DNA from: a virus
Reading direction: 5' to 3' (one strand)
Length of the DNA stretch: 64,000 bases
IMG/VR virus record: IMGVR_UViG_3300037826_000057
Coordinates: 13,054-77,053 of that record
In this document: positions 46,442 through 55,575 of the stretch, piece after piece
Numbering within the stretch: the stretch's first letter is position 1
How the letters are laid out: every line of letters starts with the position of its first letter
Notes under the pieces: model-generated
Seen by the model: only the letters and a program-made list of their open reading frames with translations
What the model was told of the DNA's origin: nothing
Database searches by the model: none
Position numbers and translations under genes: made by a program

Positions 46442-47308
46442 CTACATGCCGCCAAAAATATCGCCTGTTGGTAAACGCTCTCCAACCCCTATTTTCGGGC
46501 CAAAACGCCCATCAATAACTAACTGATACCAAACAGTACCAGCTTGCTCGTGGCGTTGAACGGCATATTGCTTTCCACCTGACGTACCGATAGCGGTACG
46601 ACCGACACCAACTTTTACAACTCTGTCTTTTCTTTGTTGTTGGTCAAATGCATATTGTAAATCAGAGCGCATTTGTTGTGTAGCATCTTGTAAACTGTCA
46701 GCAATAATTCCAGGTGCTTGGGCGCGTGTATTTTCTACAAACGGATAACCTTGAAAGGTTGGATAAGCACCCTGGCCCATATTACCCTCTTCAATTAGAT
46801 ACCAGTAAGGAGCTTGTTCTCCCCAATAATCCAGACGCCTTCTAATTACCTCTTCATAAGACGGTAAATCTTCAAACCATTTTGCGTATTTATAACTCGC
46901 TGTACCTTCTCTAGAAGGCTTATAAATACCGTATGTCCAAGCAAATAACCTTTCAGAATGTGACTTCATTGCGGTCTTAGGCCCCCAAGCTGCTCTCTGA
47001 CCTTCAATCAATTCTGTAGGCCCGCCAAGAAGACTTTCATTAACCACGCGAAAATCCCTTAAATTCATAGATACCCAGACATGCCCAGGCTTTTTTAGAT
47101 TTTCTATTAATCGCTCCTTAAGTGGGGGGTAGTTGAATTCCGTTACTATAGTACAAGCATTATTAGCTTGTCTTATTAACTCATTTTGAATTCTTATTTC
47201 GGCAGTATCTTTAGCATTGCGCTTAACTAATCTTTCTAAATCAAGGCCATAAAACTGTTTGCCGAAACCCTCCCACTTATGGAGCAAATTACGTAATTCT
47301 CTAAACAT
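46442..47308 (-). CDS. Putative neck / tail completion protein
   Basis: APYWYLIEEG motif; gene position. Confidence 0.5.
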   Translation of the reverse strand: MFRELRNLLHKWEGFGKQFYGLDLERLVKRNAKDTAEIRIQNELIRQANNACTIVTEFNYPPLKERLIENLKKPGHVWVSMNLRDFRVVNESLLGGPTELIEGQRAAWGPKTAMKSHSERLFAWTYGIYKPSREGTASYKYAKWFEDLPSYEEVIRRRLDYWGEQAPYWYLIEEGNMGQGAYPTFQGYPFVENTRAQAPGIIADSLQDATQQMRSDLQYAFDQQQRKDRVVKVGVGRTAIGTSGGKQYAVQRHEQAGTVWYQLVIDGRFGPKIGVGERLPTGDIFGGM

Positions 47309-47550
47309 TAACGCTTATCCACTAAACCCTCAATATCATCTGCAAGCAGTAATCTAGCCGCTGAACGCACATAATCATTATAAGAATCTAGAATATATTT
47401 GCGAACCTGAGCAAATTCTTCACTGTCTTCGTTCATTACATCCTCCACTTTTGAAAGTAGGATAGCTAGGTGCCGCTGCTTGCGTCTAGAAAGTGTGGAA
47501 ATAATTCCTAATACATCCAATCCATTGATTTCGTATGTGTGAACTGCCAT
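47308..47550 (-). CDS. Hypothetical protein
   Basis: GGAGG RBS. Confidence 0.65.
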   Translation of the reverse strand: MAVHTYEINGLDVLGIISTLSRRKQRHLAILLSKVEDVMNEDSEEFAQVRKYILDSYNDYVRSAARLLLADDIEGLVDKR

Positions 47551-47580
47551 AATTTCCTCCCTGGCATTAACCTTTATTCT

Positions 47581-48021
47581 CTAACCTTTATCTTCCAATA
47601 ATGTTACCGTTATCCTATTTGGTTCCGGTACACCTTTGATTGCATAATTTTTCATATACATTTCCTTTGCGTCCACCTCATAATGGTGTGAATTCCGAAC
47701 AGCAGTAAGATTGTACCCACTCAAACCTACCGTAGCTTGGCAATCACCTTCATGCACTTTCCCGCCCTCAGACCAAAGGGGCTGTTCTGAAGAAAACCAC
47801 CTAACGTGTGCTAATACGGGATAAGCAGAAATAGTATTTATCCAATAATTACCATCACAAGTTTCACAAAAAGGGTCTGTTGAAAGATTAGTAGTTGGGT
47901 CTAGTGAGCATTGAGAACACGCCTCACCACTTACCTCAACATAAATAGTAATCTCTCTACCAATAGTATTTCTAATTTCATCTATTGTTTCTTTTGTATT
48001 TGAAGGAAATGTTATATTCAT
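47581..48021 (-). CDS. Putative head-closure protein with a zinc motif
   Basis: CSQC...CETC; gene position. Confidence 0.55.
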   Translation of the reverse strand: MNITFPSNTKETIDEIRNTIGREITIYVEVSGEACSQCSLDPTTNLSTDPFCETCDGNYWINTISAYPVLAHVRWFSSEQPLWSEGGKVHEGDCQATVGLSGYNLTAVRNSHHYEVDAKEMYMKNYAIKGVPEPNRITVTLLEDKG

Positions 48022-50486
48022 ATCACTCGTTTAAAAATCTTATCCCATTGCTTGCCAATTTCAGACCACTTAAACTTATCCCGGGTAACAAAATTATAAA
48101 TTTTGTCGGCATATTTTTGGCGCGTAGTATCATCATACATAACTTGCAGAGATTTTGCTACCGCATCTGGCGAAACAACCTTACCCTCAGTTAGAATGTC
48201 AGGATAAGTATAATTGTATGAAATAGGAATCTTATACATCACATCATCTGGGTATATTGTCTTATAGGCAGAACTATTAGGTACAATTTGTGCCCTATGG
48301 CACGCTGCTTGTTCCATAGAAGTATTATGAAGAATCACACCATTACCTACAAAGCTGTGAGAATCTCTGACAGAAATATCCATAACTTCCTGACGTCCTA
48401 ATTTTTCTATATCTCTAACTTGTGTGAAAATATAATTTTCTGTATGAACATAATATTGTCGTCTAGCTCTAGAGGATTCTCTAAGAGGTACCTCAATAAG
48501 TTTCCTAAACAACTTCTCCTCAAAACCGCCAACTGTTACTTTATATTGTGGGAAATTACCAGCCTCTCGTTGTGGGTATGTGTTGAAAGTTGCAAATATG
48601 TGATTAGTCCTCAAAATATAGAGAATTTGCCAAGCCAGTTGTTTTGATACAGTGGTAACAGACCAAGAACCGTTACTAGATTTATGTCCGTCGCCCTTGA
48701 AATATCCCCTCAAAAGTGGTCCTAGGCTTGTCGCTGACTTCCAAAGGAGATTATGTAGCCTCTTATTGTTTGCCCCACTCCCACATAAAGCGGTTAAAAA
48801 ATCTCCTAAAATGGAAGAGCAACAATCTAGAGCACTACGATTGCCTGTTTCTTTTCTATAGGCGGTTGCATATACATTAAATGCTTTTCTCAAATAGACT
48901 TTAAATCTTTTAGCTACTTGTAGTTCATTCCCGTGAAGTGAGAGTTCTACTTTATTATAACTATAAGAACCTTCTGCTAGATACCAACCTAAAAACTCTA
49001 AAAAGTCAGAGTCAATTTTAATAAACCTATTAACTCTATTTGGTTGGGGGAGTTCAAAGTCTTCCCCGTATTTGGTTAGTATTTCTTTAGCTACTAAATT
49101 AGACTCTGTGCTTTCATCCGCGGGAATAAATTCACCACTAATTATTTTCCTAGCATTTTCAATAACCTTTTTCGTAGTATTAAACTCTTTCATTAATGAA
49201 GATATAGAAAACTTACGGTTTAGCCCGGAATAGCCGTGTTTATTCCAAATATGCTTAGAATCGTAATCAATAGTATCTCCACTAACAAACTCTGCCAAGT
49301 CCAAATATTCCGGCAACGGCTCTTTCCAATCTGGTATTGGCACTCCTATAAAGTCACCTACCGTTATTTCAGATAATGGAAGCCATTTAGTGTCTTTTTC
49401 TGAGTAGTCGGTATTGCTAGGTTGTCCCATGTATTTAATTGTTAAGAAAGGGTGCTGTTTAGTAACTACAACGTCCGGAATGCCTCTACCGGATACAGAA
49501 TAAGCAGTATCAACTCTACCAATCTTATCCAAAACATCATAGAACTTACCATTATGAGAGAGAACTCTATCCCCAATTGACAAGTCTTCCATTTTTACAC
49601 TTCCAGAGTCAGTCAAGATTTCTGTGCTTGGGTCAACACATAGCCCCCAACCTTCACCCATTGAGGTATTGAGGCCGACATCAGCAGCATTATAGATATA
49701 ATTCAATCTTTCATCACTTACATAAGAGTCTGGGCCTAATTCGAGTGATGTAAGTAGCAACCGCTTCTCAATACCATAACGCTTACACAAACGAATAACT
49801 GACCAACCCATATCTTTTTCACCCATATGACAATATAGCTTCACATTGTCTGGTTTACCTTCTGCAAACTTAGCAAAGCCCTTAATTGTAAGGTCAATGC
49901 GTTTACGCGGTTGATTGCGATTCGCATTTAAAACCACAAAATCTCCTGGAAAGACACCATTTAAATAAGCCCTAGCCTCTGTCATATTCATTGGAAAGAA
50001 AGTTTCTGTGTCAAGGCCGTGTGGCACAATACCAATATCTGCTTTTGGAAAATAGTCAGTAATTGCACTCTTTCCAAATTCTGTATAAGCATATGGGTGT
50101 GATAATTCAACCAAACGTTCAACCCACTCCCTATCTAAAGGTTTGGCATCTACCGGAAAATAAGTAACAATTGGCTTATCAATCTCACGCAACCTAAACA
50201 AATACTTATATAAAACCCAGGTATCATTTAAGATGAAAATAAAATCTGGGTCAACATTATTAACCAAGCTGTCTAAACGCCCAAACCCATATAGGTCACC
50301 CCCAAGCATCGCGGGGTACATTTTGTGATCTGCGGGGTATGGGTCACCTTTGTAATTAATAGCTAAGTGATGAATATCATAATCATCCGGCAAATTATCA
50401 ATAATACTATGCACCACCCTAGCAAAACCTGTAGCAACTCCACCATCACCAATAAAAAGCCCTGTAATCCTTCCCTTATTATCCAT
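48018..50486 (-). CDS. GT4-family glycosyltransferase containing an intein
   Basis: TGFARV, PHGLD, NRNQPRKRID and YNAADVGLNTSMGEGWGL|TSMEQAAC. Confidence 0.9.
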   Translation of the reverse strand: MDNKGRITGLFIGDGGVATGFARVVHSIIDNLPDDYDIHHLAINYKGDPYPADHKMYPAMLGGDLYGFGRLDSLVNNVDPDFIFILNDTWVLYKYLFRLREIDKPIVTYFPVDAKPLDREWVERLVELSHPYAYTEFGKSAITDYFPKADIGIVPHGLDTETFFPMNMTEARAYLNGVFPGDFVVLNANRNQPRKRIDLTIKGFAKFAEGKPDNVKLYCHMGEKDMGWSVIRLCKRYGIEKRLLLTSLELGPDSYVSDERLNYIYNAADVGLNTSMGEGWGLCVDPSTEILTDSGSVKMEDLSIGDRVLSHNGKFYDVLDKIGRVDTAYSVSGRGIPDVVVTKQHPFLTIKYMGQPSNTDYSEKDTKWLPLSEITVGDFIGVPIPDWKEPLPEYLDLAEFVSGDTIDYDSKHIWNKHGYSGLNRKFSISSLMKEFNTTKKVIENARKIISGEFIPADESTESNLVAKEILTKYGEDFELPQPNRVNRFIKIDSDFLEFLGWYLAEGSYSYNKVELSLHGNELQVAKRFKVYLRKAFNVYATAYRKETGNRSALDCCSSILGDFLTALCGSGANNKRLHNLLWKSATSLGPLLRGYFKGDGHKSSNGSWSVTTVSKQLAWQILYILRTNHIFATFNTYPQREAGNFPQYKVTVGGFEEKLFRKLIEVPLRESSRARRQYYVHTENYIFTQVRDIEKLGRQEVMDISVRDSHSFVGNGVILHNTSMEQAACHRAQIVPNSSAYKTIYPDDVMYKIPISYNYTYPDILTEGKVVSPDAVAKSLQVMYDDTTRQKYADKIYNFVTRDKFKWSEIGKQWDKIFKRVI
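48324..49640 (-). mobile_element. Intein (439 aa) with LAGLIDADG endonuclease, in the glycosyltransferase
   Basis: CVDPSTEILT, VTKQHPF, LGWYLAEGS, LRGYFKGDG, ends ILHN with Thr at +1. Confidence 0.9.
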
Positions 50487-50505
50487 TGTTTTTCTCCTTT
50501 AATAA

Positions 50506-51246
50506 TTACTTTTCACCAAGTAATTTTTGCCAATAAGCGTGTTGAAAGTCAGCTGTCTGATTTAAGAGTCTTGGATTGAACCAATTAATCCAATCCCCTA
50601 TAATACCTTTTCTGCGCCAACGGTCATTACGCTTTTCCTCACCAGGTTTTCTACCTGATTTGTTTTTAAAAGAATGCTTTTCACAAATATGCTCGATTCT
50701 TCTATCTGTAACCTTAATACCTAAGAAGTCAGAAATTTCCCGTACTTGCTTCTGAATATCCTGCTTCATCCATTCATAAGAAGTCCAAATATATCCTGAA
50801 TTTGTATGCCTTTTCTCTCCACCAGAATATGTACTAGCTCCTTTTTGCATCATATCAAGCATGCGCTTAGTATTATCTACGAATGCCTGGTTTTCTATAG
50901 TGCTTAAAATCGCTTCCTGGTCTGAGTTAAAATTCTGAGGCTTACCAAATCTATCATAACGCGCGTGGAATGCACGCGACACACCACGGTCTCTTGGATT
51001 TCTTACCACTCCAATCACATAATAATTATGCGGAACCAATGCTTCAAATATTTCATCTTGTGTAACGTGATGATATTTGACGATTCTTGCATTGTGCATA
51101 TAATCCCTAACCACATCAAGCTTTGAATTCAAATGCCGCCTATCAATCTCTGGACTTGTGTCCATATTATACAAATCCTTCAAAAGATAATGCAGCCATC
51201 TAGAACCCACACGCATCTCCGAAGTAATAATAATCTTTTTATTCAT
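50506..51246 (-). CDS. PAPS-dependent sulfotransferase
   Basis: 5'-PSB loop SEMRVGSRWL, 3'-PB RNPRDRGVS, SYE and C-terminal RKGIIGDWINWF. Confidence 0.88.
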   Translation of the reverse strand: MNKKIIITSEMRVGSRWLHYLLKDLYNMDTSPEIDRRHLNSKLDVVRDYMHNARIVKYHHVTQDEIFEALVPHNYYVIGVVRNPRDRGVSRAFHARYDRFGKPQNFNSDQEAILSTIENQAFVDNTKRMLDMMQKGASTYSGGEKRHTNSGYIWTSYEWMKQDIQKQVREISDFLGIKVTDRRIEHICEKHSFKNKSGRKPGEEKRNDRWRRKGIIGDWINWFNPRLLNQTADFQHAYWQKLLGEK

Positions 51247-52108
51247 AAGTTCTACCCTTTAATAACTTCCTAAAAGCTGCCCTATGTGAATCTTGCCAAT
51301 GTTTTAAGGTATAATTATTTGAAATTTTTCTAAGTTTCTGCTGGTCGTGTTCGTCATCTAAGCATTTCTTAATTGCTTCAGACATAGACTCAAAATTACC
51401 AGCCTTAAAATACCTTACCCCTTCCTGCTCCCCAAATTCGTCCAACATACCAACACCCTTGGGAATGACTAATTTTACTCCACAAGCCAATGCTTCCAAT
51501 GGAGGTATTGGTATACCCTCTATTAACGACGTACATAAATAAATTTGTAACGACCTAAAAAACCTTGGCATATTCCCGCCTGTTACATGCCTGTGTTTTA
51601 CTGGCCACCCGCGCCCCACAACTCTAAAATCTATATCATTTGATAATTTACTATTACTAAGAGCCTTAACTAGATGTAACCCCTTTCTATTTCCTTCTGT
51701 TACGTAACCCGCCAACCCCACAATTGGTTTAGTAACCTTTTTACCAATGGTAAATCTACTATGATCAACATACGGGGTAACTTTACATACTAAAGCGCGT
51801 GTCTGTGTTTTAAGTAACTCCATATATTGATCTGCGCATGTAGTACAAATATCATATTCTTTCGCCAACTTTCGCCAGCGTCTAGACTTAGCAGACTTTT
51901 CATTATAATGACTAAACCAAGCACCTGTAAATGTTTTATACTTTTTTGGTGCCAAACCCTGAAGATAACACATCCCATAATTTATATCTGCACTTTGGTC
52001 CGGGTTTCTCCCAATAGAATAACTGGGTTGCCCCCTCACTAGGCCCCGACCAAGTCTTGGAACTATTTTTCCACTATTTGGGCGTTTGACTAATACTCTT
52101 ACTTGCAT
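51239..52108 (-). CDS. GT4-like glycosyltransferase
   Basis: RKG and TSLIEGIPIPPLEALACG. Confidence 0.85.
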   Translation of the reverse strand: MQVRVLVKRPNSGKIVPRLGRGLVRGQPSYSIGRNPDQSADINYGMCYLQGLAPKKYKTFTGAWFSHYNEKSAKSRRWRKLAKEYDICTTCADQYMELLKTQTRALVCKVTPYVDHSRFTIGKKVTKPIVGLAGYVTEGNRKGLHLVKALSNSKLSNDIDFRVVGRGWPVKHRHVTGGNMPRFFRSLQIYLCTSLIEGIPIPPLEALACGVKLVIPKGVGMLDEFGEQEGVRYFKAGNFESMSEAIKKCLDDEHDQQKLRKISNNYTLKHWQDSHRAAFRKLLKGRTYE

Positions 52109-53064
52109 TTGTATTTCCGTATTATATCTGATACACGATTGCGAATAGCTTCAAAACTATAATATTTTTTTATAAATTCAAATCCTCTTTCACGTTGGCG
52201 CTTATAATAGTTTTCATCTTGTATCAATCTAACTCCTAACTCTACAGCGCGTTGTGTATCAAAAGGATCACATAAAGGGTGTCCAGTTGGATTAGTCCAC
52301 ATACTACCAACCATTGGAGTTCCTATTATAGCGTGTGCTAGTCCGTGTCTGTTTTGTGCATGCGCAGCATACATATCTACGCCAATTAAAGATGTGCCTA
52401 TAATTTTTATAAATTCCCGGTAATTAACTCGCGGATTGAATTTTATATTAGATATACTTGTTAATTTAGCTGTCCTCTTAGTATTGTTTCTTGGTAAAAA
52501 ATATACAATTCTAGCGTTCGTTGCGCTATTTATTCCAGCTAGAACAGCTATATTTTGCATAGTTCTATTCGGCTCGCTCTTGTGATCAACAGTGAGAATA
52601 TATTTCTTTTTTGGCAAAGACCTATATTTTTTGTATGCAGTAGTAGGACCTATTGGTGAGGGCAACCATTCCCCAGGAACCCCTGTAAGATTAGAGTACA
52701 AGTTTGCAGCTTGCCTAGTGCGTGCCGCTATTACATCACAATAATTTTTAATGTCCTTAAGTCTAGTTATACCTTTATTATGATTTAAAAACTTTTCTAG
52801 ATGTGGGTCTGGCATTGCAACAATTAAAGCATTCGGACGGGCGTCTCTTAAATGTTTTAGATGTAAAGAATTAAAAAATAAATTAACTAAAAAAACATCG
52901 TAATTATTTAGAACTTTTCTACCTATTGGAGTCTTTTCCCAATAAAGTCTATGACATTCTAACGCTCTTGGCAGAGCCGAAATACCAACAACTGGTTTTT
53001 CTGGATGCTTAAATTTTTCAATGCGTTTTTTAGATTTGTATACATATGCAACACGCTCAAACAT
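52099..53064 (-). CDS. GT-B fold glycosyltransferase-like protein
   Basis: HAIIGTPMVGS and RERGFEFIKKYYSFEAI C-terminal pattern. Confidence 0.62.
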   Translation of the reverse strand: MFERVAYVYKSKKRIEKFKHPEKPVVGISALPRALECHRLYWEKTPIGRKVLNNYDVFLVNLFFNSLHLKHLRDARPNALIVAMPDPHLEKFLNHNKGITRLKDIKNYCDVIAARTRQAANLYSNLTGVPGEWLPSPIGPTTAYKKYRSLPKKKYILTVDHKSEPNRTMQNIAVLAGINSATNARIVYFLPRNNTKRTAKLTSISNIKFNPRVNYREFIKIIGTSLIGVDMYAAHAQNRHGLAHAIIGTPMVGSMWTNPTGHPLCDPFDTQRAVELGVRLIQDENYYKRQRERGFEFIKKYYSFEAIRNRVSDIIRKYKCK

Positions 53065-53595
53065 TTATAACCACTTTCCAGCTACATTACTGTCTATAAA
53101 ATTAACTGGTTTATATTTCAATTTGCATTCTTTAGCCAACCATTTTAACGTTGATTTTGGATAATGTAAAAGAGCTTGAAAATCTAACATATAGTATTCT
53201 ACATCTTTGGATTTAATCGCGGACAAAATCATAAGATACGCTTTCTGTATATTTTCCAAACCTTTTCTATAAGTATTTACATGTTTGCGCCTAGAAGTTT
53301 GTGAACTTATTGTACTTTTCCAATCTCTTATAGGCACGATTATTACAGGCTTATATCCAACCGCTTCAAACTTTTCAATATATGTTTCTAAATCCGGCCA
53401 CGCATTTGCGTGTGGAAAGCTCCTTCTTAATACCACATCTTCTTTATCTTGTAAAAATTTTTCCAGATTATTAAGGTGCTTGTCAATTTCTTGTTTATGT
53501 GTGTATTGCCCATAAACACCCCACTTAACCAAAATTTTAGCAAGTAAGCGCGTACCAGAACTTTCGGAGCCTGCAATTAAATATGCTTTAGGCAT
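53065..53595 (-). CDS. Sulfotransferase-like protein
   Basis: IAGSESSGTRLL loop, IRDWKSTISS and FQALLHYP. Confidence 0.72.
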   Translation of the reverse strand: MPKAYLIAGSESSGTRLLAKILVKWGVYGQYTHKQEIDKHLNNLEKFLQDKEDVVLRRSFPHANAWPDLETYIEKFEAVGYKPVIIVPIRDWKSTISSQTSRRKHVNTYRKGLENIQKAYLMILSAIKSKDVEYYMLDFQALLHYPKSTLKWLAKECKLKYKPVNFIDSNVAGKWL

Positions 53596-54325
53596 AACCT
53601 TCTCTAAAATTATATGGTGCCCTGAAACCTTCTAGAGCTTGGCGTGATGTTCCATATAGTTTTCCATTCAATAGTTCATCAAGCAACTCTTCATCTCTAT
53701 CTAACATATCTCTAGCTGTGCGCCCAGCACCCAAATTGGAGTATTGAATTTCATCATCGCGCCAACTTTGTAAATCCCAGGTACTATTTTTTAGCTCGGC
53801 ACTCTTAATAATAATAGCTGCCTGTACCACAATCGGCGCTTCATCTGCGAATTCAATTGTTGGTGGTGCAGATTCTTTAAAAGTGCGTTTAGAATTTCTA
53901 CTAATGTTACCTTCTGAATCAACTTTATACTTTCTACGCCACCTGCGTCCAAGAACTTTGACAGCATCGAGTAAAGAATTTCTCAAAAGTTCTTTAGAAA
54001 ATGTATAATCATCCGGGTCTATATCTCCAAGAAACCTGCGTAGAGATGGAATTAAATAATCTAAATCAGTGTATGTAAATTCAACTACTGTGAATGTACC
54101 GCTTTCTACGTAAGCAACTCCGCCCGAATAACCAAACATTGTCCACTCATGCTCACCCTCACCAGAAGCTAAATAGTTTGCATAATAAGTTTTGTTATCC
54201 TGTTTAACTGGTGTTAGCTGGCGGTTAGCTCCGCCTGGTGTCATCAATGTTCCTGATGCTGTAGTTATAGCATGGTCAAAGTTAGCGGTTATTCTGACAG
54301 TTTCTTGAACTTCATACTTTGGCAT
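53588..54325 (-). CDS. Head-tail adaptor with N-terminal Ig-like domain
   Basis: LRRFLGD...FSKELL, WRDDEIQYS; gene position. Confidence 0.62.
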   Translation of the reverse strand: MPKYEVQETVRITANFDHAITTASGTLMTPGGANRQLTPVKQDNKTYYANYLASGEGEHEWTMFGYSGGVAYVESGTFTVVEFTYTDLDYLIPSLRRFLGDIDPDDYTFSKELLRNSLLDAVKVLGRRWRRKYKVDSEGNISRNSKRTFKESAPPTIEFADEAPIVVQAAIIIKSAELKNSTWDLQSWRDDEIQYSNLGAGRTARDMLDRDEELLDELLNGKLYGTSRQALEGFRAPYNFREGYA

Positions 54326-54327
54326 AT

Positions 54328-54831
54328 TTACCCACCTTTCTTCTGAAGCTCGCTGAGAGCTTCCTTGATAGTATCAATTGTATTAACTGGTCTATTTAAA
54401 TCTTTAGCAATTTTTAACATACGTTTGACTGGAACCGGTGACGTGAAAGAATCCAGGCGTGTCTTCCAAGCAAAGTATGGTTTCTGCAAGAGTTCTCTTA
54501 GCTCTTTATCAGTAACCTCATTTACAGAAATTTCTTCCTCAATTTCTTCATCATAAGGCGCAACTAAACCATTTTCCAGTAACAACTTATTAGCGCGTCT
54601 AAAATATTCATCCTCTGCTTCAGTCCAACAAGTTACAATAACATCTTCTTTATCAATTTCTGGGTCAGCGGGGTCACCTTCTAAAATTATAGATTCAGGT
54701 GTACCCCCAAAAGCATCCAGAACATCAACACAGACCTTACCCTTAATAGGCTTAATATACTGTGAAACTGGTTCACCTTTAGCTTGGGCTTGTCTAAGAG
54801 TATCATAATAAGCCTTATTAAATTCTCGCAT
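54328..54831 (-). CDS. Hypothetical protein downstream of the capsid gene
   Basis: GGAGG RBS. Confidence 0.7.
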   Translation of the reverse strand: MREFNKAYYDTLRQAQAKGEPVSQYIKPIKGKVCVDVLDAFGGTPESIILEGDPADPEIDKEDVIVTCWTEAEDEYFRRANKLLLENGLVAPYDEEIEEEISVNEVTDKELRELLQKPYFAWKTRLDSFTSPVPVKRMLKIAKDLNRPVNTIDTIKEALSELQKKGG

Positions 54832-54929
54832 TAAATACCTCCATTAAAAAATCCCACCATCCTTTTAAATAAGGTAGGCTGTACAACAACATTTAACCTA
54901 CAAGGCACCTACCCTCACAACCCTATTTA

Positions 54930-55000
54930 TTAAGCTAAGCTTGTAATGTCGAGCACATAAATTCCCATCGCGTTATCTACAATCATCCCGAATTGCTGAT
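54930..55000 (-). CDS. Major capsid protein exon 3 (true 3' exon of intron 2)
   Basis: With T55576 it reads YQQFGMIVDNAMGIYVLDITSLA*; follows the terminal G at 55001. Confidence 0.85.
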
Positions 55001-55575
55001 CGCTGTGTTATTCAAGAAGCTTCGGTTTGCTTCTTACTCTCATTATCGCTAATGAGGCCGGACTATACTATCACCCTTTCGGGGGCACCCCTCTAGTCTC
55101 TGGACCTTGCCCATTTAAGAGCCTTGGCTGCTGATTGTCTGCAATTAAGATTTTCAGATTACGTTTGCCTTTTCAAGCTCCGCTTACTATCTTAATATAC
55201 TCAGATGTTCCAGCAATTTGAGTGCTTGCTTAATAAGTATTTCTACTTATTAGCTGCCTCTTTTAGCTCTGCTTCCTTGACATTTAGTATTTTTAAAAAT
55301 CTATTTACAAATGTATATTCTCTGAAATTTATACTGGTGTGGCATTCTTTACATAGTGTGATACCGTTGTCTACTTCATATACCAGCTCTGGATAGTCTC
55401 TTTTTGGTAGTATATGGTGTCCGTGCAAACAACAATTTTTATCTCCACACATTTGACAAGTATAATTATCCCTTTTTAAAACTGTAGAATGTCAAGTTAT
55501 TTAGTTACGCTAAGCTAGTAATATCTAGTACATAAATTCCCATAACATTATCTACAAGCATGCTAAAATTTTGAA
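55001..55575 (-). mobile_element. Group I intron 2 in the major capsid gene, with a duplicate 3' exon and an HNH remnant in loop L1
   Basis: P1: exon AGCUGU with guide GCAGCU (55252-55257), U-G at the splice site; P2 AAUAAGUA-GAAA-UACUUAUU; P AAUUGCUGGAA; Q AAUCAGCAG; R CAGAGACUA; S GUAUAGUCC; P9 CUCAUUA-GCGA-UAAUGAG; terminal G. Confidence 0.88.
55243..55491 (-). pseudogene. 5'-truncated HNH homing endonuclease
   Basis: VLKRDNYTCQMCG...HGHHI...NGITLCKECH; in-frame TGA at 55492-55494 directly upstream. Confidence 0.8.

Noticed and set aside
55492-55494. Genome-wide TGA-to-Trp recoding
   Set aside because: TGA ends many coupled genes (ATGA overlaps) and long genes are intact in the standard code; this is a single decayed ORF.
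54930-55575. Duplicated capsid C-terminus as a diversity-generating retroelement template/variable pair
   Set aside because: The 16 mismatches are not confined to adenines in either copy, many are synonymous, and there is no reverse transcriptase in the window.
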